Source: a virus
Virus record (IMG/VR): IMGVR_UViG_3300033144_003327
Coordinates: 1-64,000 of that record
Length of the DNA: 64,000 nt
Strand: one strand, 5' to 3'
Shown in pieces: positions 58,401 to 64,000 of the stretch. A program made the position numbers and the translations under genes. The stretch's first letter is position 1. Each line of letters starts with the position of its first letter. The notes below the pieces were generated by a model. It was given only the letters and a program-made list of their open reading frames with translations, was not told where the DNA came from and searched no databases.

Positions 58401-60367
58401 AACAAGATAACCGAGCGACAGTCGCAGCAACATTAGGAAATGACACGCTTGCGGCGACTGGAGGCCAAGGCCTAGACGGCGCCGTAAACACAACAACGTT
58501 GGATGACACTCTTGTCGCGGCGGCAACGACAGGCGACATACTAGGTACCGTTGCTGTCACGTTAGGTGATGACACTCTTGCCGCTTCAGCTGAACAAGAC
58601 AACCGCGGAACAGTCGCGGCAACGACGTTAGACGATACTCTAGTTGCCACCGGTGACGTTGAGGTCATCGGTGATGTAGACGTTAACCTAGATGCCACTG
58701 AAGGTGATGACACGCTCGTTGCAGTCGGTGATCTTGAATACATTGGATCGGTCGCAGCAACGACGTTAGACGATACTCTAGCCAGTTCAGCTGAACAAGA
58801 CAACCGCGGTACTGTCGCGGCAACAACTCTTGATGATACTCTAGTCGCTTCAGGAGCGACGGGAGACGTAGCGGGCACAGTCGCAGTCACGTTAGGTGAC
58901 GATACTCTAGCCAGTTCAGCCGAGCAAGATAACCGCGGTACTGTCGCAGCAACGACGTTAGACGATACTCTAGCCGCCGCCGGTGATGTTGAAGTCATCG
59001 GCGACATTGATGTCAACCTTGATGCTACAGAAGGTGATGATACTCTCGTCGCAGCTGGTGACCTTGAATACATTGGCACTGTAGCATCCACGACCCTTGA
59101 CGACACGCTAGTCGCTTCGGCTGAACAAGATAACCGTGGAACTGTTGCCGCCACAACGCTTGATGACACGCTCGTCGCATCAGGCGAGGTAGCCGGCGAC
59201 ATAACAGGATCGGTCAGCGTAACGCTAGAAGATGACACGCTAGTCGCTTCGGCTGAACAAGATAACCGTGGAACTGTTGCCGCCACAACGCTTGATGACA
59301 CGCTTGTCGCATCAGGGTCAACTGGAGACGTATCGGGAACCACCTCTGTAACGTTAGGTGACGACACGCTCGTTGCAACCGGTAGCGTTGAAGTCATCGG
59401 CGACATTGATGTCAACCTTGATGTCACTGAAGGTGACGACACGCTCGTTGCAACCGGTAGCGTTGAAGTCGTCGGAGATGTCAACGTTGACCTTGACGTT
59501 ACTGAAGGTGATGACACCCTAGTTTCATCTGGTGCTATTGACAATCAGGGAACAGTCGCAGCGACAACGTTAGACGACACGCTCATCGCTTCAGCATCAC
59601 AAGGCCTAGACGGCGCAGTCAATGCAACGCTGGGAGATGACACCCTTGTAGCCTCAGGTGAACAAGACAACCGCGCAACGGTTGCCGTCACATTAGAAGA
59701 TGACATCCTTGTAGCGTCTGGCGCAACAATTGTCTCCGGCACACTGAGTGTTACACTTGAGAACGACACTCTTGCTGCGTCTGGCTTAGCTGAGTTTGTC
59801 GGAACGCTATCAGTCACGCTAGAAGACGATGTCCTAGTCGCTTCAGCTGACCTTGAATACATAGCGGCAGCAGATATCACACTCGGAGATGACACCCTTT
59901 CTGCAGACGCTGCGATAGACATCCAGGGAACGGTCACCGCAACACTTGACGATGATACCACAGTCATTGCAGGTGTATCTGGCAACCCAGTCACAGGAAC
60001 CGCCGCCGCAACACTTGACGATGATACCACAGTCATATCTTCTGATCAGGCAGTAATCGGCTCTATTAGTCAAATACTCGATGACGATATTGGCGCAGCT
60101 AATGGCTCACTTGAGGTCATTGGTCTCGTAACCAACACTCTTGAAGATGACGTATCAGCATTCTTTGGTGAGATACAACTCTCTGGAACCATCGGTGTCG
60201 TACTGGAACGCGACACCGCAGTGGTTGGTACAGTGGTTGGTTTCTTTGAAAACTTCGTTGATATCACAGGCAAGGTCACAACGCGAGTCGTTATCAACGG
60301 ACAAGTCGTAACTGAGACTGAGATAATCGGTGAAGTCGTGACCCAAGTCGAAGTAGAAGCGGGATGA
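55460..60367 (+). CDS. giant (1635 aa) tandem-repeat structural protein (fibre-like)
   Basis: 270-aa unique N-terminus then dozens of ~20-aa repeats (GTVAATTLDDTLVAAGEQDNR / TLGDDTLVAAGDLEYIG variants); no in-frame stops over 4.9 kb. Confidence 0.6.
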   Translation: MAADTFFRLRIGVRNDGGAIDQTYTLQVSDDVGGSWTDVTDSSDTCRLVAVGSPAYFADLDATTEQLAGSGTFIAGEMIEGTGTAVTSSVLLQLGEETEFEFLLEAHNNIQGATLSFRLVGSVTSPIAVPQTVVPDYTIDSSAAETICDVSFPTPAVAPYFESDSPETPKQVFKWELRKDSLNSGTGTPTADFFLYEGGVLRETLTQGVSITDAVRQIVTVTWDAKNLVDPTGADVEARMRGNVGGSGVQQRTVEVGAVEWCVEHALPTANVTGTVNVTLGDDTLAASGDRSFLGTVAVTLGDDTLVAAGGIEVSGSVAVTLGDDTLVAAGTPEIIGTVAVTEGDDTLAGAGELEYIGTVAATLGDDTLVAAGELEVSGTVAATTLDDTLAGAGEQDNRGTVASTTLDDTLAATAIAAITGTVAATTLDDTLVATGAQDNQGTVAATTLDDTLVASAEQDNRGTVATTTLDDTLVAAASTGDVTGTVATTTLDDTLVGSAEQDNRATVAATTLDDTLVAAGLTGDILGTVAATTLDDTLVAAGEQDNRATVAATTLDDTLVAAGDIEVVGDVDVNLDATEGDDTLVAAGDLEYVGTVATTTLDDILVAAAEQDNRGTVASTTLDDTLAAAGAIEVDGTVAVTLGDDTLVAAGDVASETTGTVATTTLDDTLVASGEQDNRGTVAATTLDDILVAAGLTGDVTGTGSVTLGDDTLVASGEQDNRGTVAATTLDDTLAATGSVDVVGDVDVNLDATEGDDTLVAAGDLEYVGSSAVTLGDDTLVAAGALEYIGTVASTTLDDTLAAAGLTGDILGTVSVTLGDDTLVASAEQDNRGTVAATTLDDTLVAAGVNGTDATVAATLGDDTLAGAAEQDNRGTVAATTLDDTLVAAGEQDNRGTVAATTLDDTLVASGTTGDVTGTASVTLGDDTLAGSAEQDNRGTVAATLGDDTLVSDGDVEVVGDIDVDLDATEGDDTLVAVGEQDNRATVAATLGNDTLAATGGQGLDGAVNTTTLDDTLVAAATTGDILGTVAVTLGDDTLAASAEQDNRGTVAATTLDDTLVATGDVEVIGDVDVNLDATEGDDTLVAVGDLEYIGSVAATTLDDTLASSAEQDNRGTVAATTLDDTLVASGATGDVAGTVAVTLGDDTLASSAEQDNRGTVAATTLDDTLAAAGDVEVIGDIDVNLDATEGDDTLVAAGDLEYIGTVASTTLDDTLVASAEQDNRGTVAATTLDDTLVASGEVAGDITGSVSVTLEDDTLVASAEQDNRGTVAATTLDDTLVASGSTGDVSGTTSVTLGDDTLVATGSVEVIGDIDVNLDVTEGDDTLVATGSVEVVGDVNVDLDVTEGDDTLVSSGAIDNQGTVAATTLDDTLIASASQGLDGAVNATLGDDTLVASGEQDNRATVAVTLEDDILVASGATIVSGTLSVTLENDTLAASGLAEFVGTLSVTLEDDVLVASADLEYIAAADITLGDDTLSADAAIDIQGTVTATLDDDTTVIAGVSGNPVTGTAAATLDDDTTVISSDQAVIGSISQILDDDIGAANGSLEVIGLVTNTLEDDVSAFFGEIQLSGTIGVVLERDTAVVGTVVGFFENFVDITGKVTTRVVINGQVVTETEIIGEVVTQVEVEAG
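56270..60130 (+). repeat. ~60-bp tandem repeat array inside giant structural gene
   Basis: recurrent GGAACAGTCGCAGCGACAACGTTAGACGACACGCTCGTCGC-type units. Confidence 0.7.
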
Positions 60368-60411
60368 TAAACTGTAGTATAATTCTGGATGAATATTCTT
60401 GGAGTATGTGA

Positions 60412-60789
60412 ATGGCCATTAAAGCTGATCTTGGAGGGAACCCTGTTTACTTCTCAGGAGACACTCTTAAAATCCAAGTCACTGTGAAAGATGGCGATGC
60501 CTCTCCGCAAGTGTCACCGGAACCGCCCCTTGATTTGACGTTGGTGACGACAGTTACGTGGGTTCTTGCTAGGGCACAAGGACGAGCACCGATACTCACG
60601 AAGACTAATGGATCGCCCGACGGCATAACTATCATCGATGCCGTGAACGGCAGGCTTGACATTCAACTTGATAACGCTGACACGGCTAACTTGAAAGGAA
60701 CGTTCTATCACGAGTTACAGATTGAACCTGGACCCAGCACAGCTCTATACGGCGCCTTCGTCATACAAGACGACTCCGCTCCACCTTAA
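60412..60789 (+). CDS. hypothetical beta-rich protein (Ig-like?)
   Basis: 125 aa. Confidence 0.3.
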   Translation: MAIKADLGGNPVYFSGDTLKIQVTVKDGDASPQVSPEPPLDLTLVTTVTWVLARAQGRAPILTKTNGSPDGITIIDAVNGRLDIQLDNADTANLKGTFYHELQIEPGPSTALYGAFVIQDDSAPP

Positions 60790-60796
60790 GGATTGA

Positions 60797-61390
60797 ATGA
60801 TGACTTTGGTTATTGAAGACGGCACCCAAGGGGTCAGCAGCCCAACGCCTAATTCGTATGTGACAACGGAAGAACTAACGACCTTCACTACTGATAGAGG
60901 TTTATTCGATGTCGCTGATTCTGGTGATGGCGAGCAAGAGTCTGCCTTGTTGAAAGCCGCTGATTATATGACGCAGAAATATCGACTGGTTTGGAAGGGT
61001 TCACGTGTCCAGGCATTCCAACCGATGGATTGGCCCCGTCGTGGTGTCGACGTCCCTGATTTCTTTGATCCGTTTTTCAAACAAACGAATGTCCCCATCA
61101 GCTTCCAGGACACTCTTTTCATCCCTGAAGATGTAGTTCCTCAAGAAGTAAAGACAGCTCAGATGTTACTCGCCATTGCGACGTACAGTGGTGACGTCAG
61201 TACGGGTAACCTGCAACCCAGCCTAAGTCGTACAACGAAACGAGAAAAATTAGGTACGTTGGAGGTTGAGTACATGGGTGCGGATGATGGTCATACGAGG
61301 GTAACGGTAACCTACTGGGATTCAAAGCATACGATTGAACCCTTCCTGCTAGCCAGTCATCCGTTCACAGGTCAGATGGTACGCTCATGA
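60797..61390 (+). CDS. head-tail connector (gp6-like adaptor), tentative
   Basis: YVTTEELTTFTTDRG...ESALLKAADYMTQKY resembles Phage_connect_1/gp6-like N-terminal pattern. Confidence 0.45.
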   Translation: MMTLVIEDGTQGVSSPTPNSYVTTEELTTFTTDRGLFDVADSGDGEQESALLKAADYMTQKYRLVWKGSRVQAFQPMDWPRRGVDVPDFFDPFFKQTNVPISFQDTLFIPEDVVPQEVKTAQMLLAIATYSGDVSTGNLQPSLSRTTKREKLGTLEVEYMGADDGHTRVTVTYWDSKHTIEPFLLASHPFTGQMVRS

Positions 61391-61782
61391 CACAGTTCGA
61401 TGATCTCTTTGCAGCCGCTGGTGGAGTAGCAGAGAGACTTCATAACCAGTTTGGCACTAATGCTATCTTGCGACGTGAGTCAAAGGTGTACGATCCTATT
61501 GAGGGCAAGAACACCGTAACCACAACAGACTTCTCGATTAAGATCACACCACCCATCGCTGGCGTCGATACCGTTGGCGCGTATCGTAAAGATGTCATTC
61601 AAAGTACGACGGTCCCTATTAACGAGATAACCGTCTCATTCGCGGCTGTCGGGCTTTCTATAGAGCCCAATGCAACGACGGATAAACTCGTCTATCGTGG
61701 CAGTGTCTACCAGATAGTGCGAGTCTTGCCGGTAGTCAGTGGTGATGATATCGCGATGTGGCAAGTGCAGGCAAAACAATGA
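61387..61782 (+). CDS. head-tail joining (head closure) protein
   Basis: ILRRESKVYDPIEGKN...KLVYRGSVYQIVRV...DIAMWQVQA matches Phage_H_T_join pattern (..R...D..g.....t.R..R..y.I..v....rr..l.l). Confidence 0.5.
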   Translation: MTQFDDLFAAAGGVAERLHNQFGTNAILRRESKVYDPIEGKNTVTTTDFSIKITPPIAGVDTVGAYRKDVIQSTTVPINEITVSFAAVGLSIEPNATTDKLVYRGSVYQIVRVLPVVSGDDIAMWQVQAKQ

Positions 61783-62243
61783 CAATAGGACGCATCAAAG
61801 TAACGAACGGTCGCCAATTTGATTTGGTTCTGAATGATTTTGGCAAGAATGTCGTACCCAAACAACATCTGAAGTTCCAAAAGAAGGTTGCTTTTAAAGT
61901 CTTGTCCAGCGTAGTTCTGAGGACCCCAGTTGGCAACCCGAGCCTGTGGGCACCCTCATCCCTACCGCCACCACCTGGATACGTCGGTGGCAGAGCGAGA
62001 GGCGGATGGCAGGTGTCGTTAAATGTTCCAAGAGAAGCCGACCTTGAAAACGTAGATCCAAATGGCAGCAAGACTATCGCAGCAGGGGTAGGTGCCATGT
62101 CAAGTGCGAGACCGTTTGGCATAATATGGGTTTCAAACAATACGCCGTATATTCAGCCGTTGGAAGTCGGATGGAGTAGCCAAGCTCCCACGGGTATGGT
62201 ACGTGTCGCTCTCGCTGAAATCGCAACGTTTGGGGGAGTGTAA
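61779..62243 (+). CDS. HK97 gp10-like tail-component/neck protein
   Basis: VSNNTPYIQPLEVGWSSQAPTGMVRVALAE resembles gp10-family NvpYA.a.EyGh...P.G motif. Confidence 0.5.
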   Translation: MTIGRIKVTNGRQFDLVLNDFGKNVVPKQHLKFQKKVAFKVLSSVVLRTPVGNPSLWAPSSLPPPPGYVGGRARGGWQVSLNVPREADLENVDPNGSKTIAAGVGAMSSARPFGIIWVSNNTPYIQPLEVGWSSQAPTGMVRVALAEIATFGGV

Positions 62244-62665
62244 TGGGATTTGACGCAACATCATCAGTCATTAGATCAAGGTTCAATACGCAGTGGCCTG
62301 GTCTTCAACCTAATGTTCCGTTCCAGCTTGATAACCAGGGACAGAACGAAGAAGACTTTCCGACACGTGATGAGCCCTGGGTTCGCTTGACCATTTTAGA
62401 CGGCGATGCTGCACAAGTTGAGATGGGCAACACGAGACGTTGGCGTAGACCGGGCGTCGTAGAGGTGCAGATCTTTGTTCCTGCGGGTGATGGCGACGGT
62501 CGTTCAGCCGAACTTGCAGATAGTGTGCGTGATATATTTGAAGGGCGTACAATCAGTGGAGTCATCTTCCGAGCTACGAGTCGGCAGAGAGTTGGACGTG
62601 GAAGAGATGCTGCGTGGATGCAGTGGAACGCAACGACTCCTTTCCAAGCAGATGAGTTGAGGTAA
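62243..62665 (+). CDS. tail terminator-like protein
   Basis: 140 aa; WPGLQPNVPF...WVRLTILDG...RPGVVEVQIFVPAGDG pattern of tail-terminator/DUF3168-like proteins. Confidence 0.35.
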   Translation: MGFDATSSVIRSRFNTQWPGLQPNVPFQLDNQGQNEEDFPTRDEPWVRLTILDGDAAQVEMGNTRRWRRPGVVEVQIFVPAGDGDGRSAELADSVRDIFEGRTISGVIFRATSRQRVGRGRDAAWMQWNATTPFQADELR

Positions 62666-62680
62666 CCGAGGGAATTAGTC

Positions 62681-63913
62681 ATGTCAGACGCTTCAAGTAC
62701 ACAATTATTCTATAGGCCTGAGACTACGTGGGGTGAAGACCCAACCGTAGCTTCACCCCAAGCGCCGCTTCGTGAATTTAGATTTACGAATGAGTCATTA
62801 AACTTCACAGCCAACACTGAAGTGTCGGAAGAGATACGAAGTGATCGCCAGGTAGCTGACATCATACGTACTGGCGTGGAGAGTGGCGGTGATGTCGGAA
62901 TCGAGTTCAGCTTCTCGGCCCACGACGATTTGTTTGAAGGCGCGCTCTATAACAACTGGACAGCCGTTCAAGATTCGAACACAGTGTCACCACTGGCTAC
63001 GACATTCCTTGTGGCAGGCTCCCCTGACGGAACAACCATTTCAGTTGGATCACCGACAGCCGGCGAGATTGCTTTCCTAGACGGTCTTACAGTCGGCGCG
63101 TTCATTGAGCTGACCGAATCAATTGCTTCGCCGACTAATAACGGATTCACTCGTGTTACGGCTAACAGCGGCGCCGGTTCAATTACAGTCAGTCCAGCGA
63201 TCCCCGGCATCGGACAAGACACGTTCCGTATTCGTGAAAGTCATTTACGGAACGGAACAACGTTGAAATCATTCCTGCTCGAAAAGTCGTTTACTGACAT
63301 CGGTGAGTTCATTAGTTTCAGTGGTATGCGAGTCGGTAACGCTCAGTTGAACATTGCGCCAGGAAGCATCTTGAACGGACAATTCAGCTTCCAGGGTGAG
63401 ACAGCAACCGCACAGTCAGCCAGTATCATTGCTGGAGCGATATCGCCGGAGACTGTACCCGTTGCTGCTAACGATGTATTCAACGCGATTGACAACATCG
63501 GCGACATACTCATAGACGGTGTTGAAGATCCTACCGTCTGCTTCACAGAGGTATCGTTCACGATTGAGAACAACCTTCGCAACCAACCCTGTATCGGTCA
63601 GTTAGAAAACAGCGGTATTGGTGTCGGACGAACGAACGTCACAGGCACGTTGTCTGCCTACTTCGTGAATCGTAACCTGTATGATTCCTATCTAAACTTT
63701 GACACCGTGTCGTTGTCGTTCACAGTAACGCTCGGTGGTAATACCTACTTGTTTGATTTTCCATCGTTCAAGTTCACGAACGGAGAAGTCGTGGCCGGCG
63801 GAAATGATCAAGACGTGCTTGTCACAATGGAGTTCACAGCGAAACGTGATCCGACGCTGGGCTTCACGATGGGCATCAACCGCTTTGGTACAATACCAAC
63901 GCTAGTGCAATAA
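62681..63913 (+). CDS. major tail protein or tail sheath protein
   Basis: 410 aa, first large gene after connector/terminator set; RBS GAGGGAATTAGTCATG. Confidence 0.35.
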   Translation: MSDASSTQLFYRPETTWGEDPTVASPQAPLREFRFTNESLNFTANTEVSEEIRSDRQVADIIRTGVESGGDVGIEFSFSAHDDLFEGALYNNWTAVQDSNTVSPLATTFLVAGSPDGTTISVGSPTAGEIAFLDGLTVGAFIELTESIASPTNNGFTRVTANSGAGSITVSPAIPGIGQDTFRIRESHLRNGTTLKSFLLEKSFTDIGEFISFSGMRVGNAQLNIAPGSILNGQFSFQGETATAQSASIIAGAISPETVPVAANDVFNAIDNIGDILIDGVEDPTVCFTEVSFTIENNLRNQPCIGQLENSGIGVGRTNVTGTLSAYFVNRNLYDSYLNFDTVSLSFTVTLGGNTYLFDFPSFKFTNGEVVAGGNDQDVLVTMEFTAKRDPTLGFTMGINRFGTIPTLVQ

Positions 63914-63947
63914 TACCCATTAGTGGGTACACATTGGAGGCCACGAT

Positions 63948-64000
63948 ATGGATCTTTCTCAGTTAGAGACTGACCGAACGCTTGAGATTGAAGGTGTTTG
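63948..64000 (+). CDS. start of next tail-module gene (3'-truncated by window)
   Basis: ATG 63948 preceded by GGAGG; MDLSQLETDRTLEIEGV... Confidence 0.25.
   Translation, partial: MDLSQLETDRTLEIEGV

Noticed and set aside
56779-59544. 921-aa ORF on the minus strand (plus flanking minus ORFs 56206..56778 and 59545..60036)
   Set aside because: It is the antisense shadow of the tandem-repeat region of the giant + strand gene. The product is a low-complexity Ser/Thr/Ala/Val string with no start context or RBS. Repeats keep all frames open.
55460-60367. Diversity-generating retroelement (template/variable repeats targeting the fibre gene)
   Set aside because: No reverse-transcriptase ORF (no YxDD motif) anywhere in the window. 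The repeats are tandem and in-frame, not a separated TR/VR pair with adenine-specific differences.
1-64000. Lysogeny module (integrase, CI-like repressor, attP)
   Set aside because: No tyrosine or serine recombinase motifs were seen. The single XRE HTH protein (31725) sits among early accessory genes without a divergent partner, and the gene organisation looks virulent.

Overview
The window reads as about 64 kb from a tailed dsDNA phage. Almost every gene is on the + strand and tightly packed (frequent ATGA stop/start overlaps), with a recurring AGAAAGGAA/AAGGAG ribosome-binding motif. No integrase or repressor was found, so it is probably a virulent phage.

From left to right:

- **Replication and nucleotide genes (1–20 kb):**
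  - a 5'-truncated SF1 helicase;
  - a complete preQ1 7-deazaguanine pathway (queE, queD, queC, folE, queF) together with a DpdA-like DNA transglycosylase, MazG-like and HD-domain nucleotide hydrolases and several unassigned ORFs;
  - a clamp-like protein;
  - a family-A DNA polymerase.
- **Two sugar-chemistry modules:**
  - 2.6–6.4 kb: a cupin, two GT8 glycosyltransferases, an SDR epimerase/dehydratase and a radical-SAM enzyme with a Cys-rich tail.
  - 19.7–23.2 kb: two tandem MptE-like (DUF115/Maf-like) paralogs, two tandem FkbM methyltransferases and a GT-A-like protein. This resembles a Maf-type protein-glycosylation toolkit or a DNA-hypermodification pathway.
- **Accessory region of small genes (23–37 kb):**
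  - a Fic-domain protein;
  - a degenerate SpoT/RelA HD-like protein;
  - a PD-(D/E)xK nuclease;
  - an XRE-family HTH regulator;
  - an ART-like protein;
  - an array of five small paralogs that share an invariant in-frame nucleotide core, GCCTGCGTGGT, inside otherwise diverged coding sequence.
- **Packaging genes split by an insert (37–44 kb):** terS and terL are separated by a 4.9-kb module of tiny early-type genes. The module is flanked by two iteron-rich regions: one carries two perfect DnaA boxes and looks like an origin; the other is an imperfect palindrome. Inside it, a 14-bp palindrome plus a 12-bp-stem hairpin recurs upstream of the tiny genes.
- **Structural module (44–64 kb):**
  - portal, MuF-like head protein, scaffold and major capsid protein;
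  - unusually, three large proteins sit between the capsid gene and the head-tail connector, including a 1635-aa protein that is almost entirely about 20-aa Thr/Asp-rich tandem repeats;
  - then the gp6-like connector, the head-tail joining protein, a gp10-like protein, a tail terminator-like protein and a major tail or sheath protein.

The most interesting leads are the likely dPreQ1 DNA modification with unassigned accessory enzymes, the Maf/FkbM glycosylation-like toolkit paired with the Thr-rich giant repeat protein, the origin-like iteron/DnaA-box region splitting terS from terL, and the conserved nucleotide core in the small paralog array.
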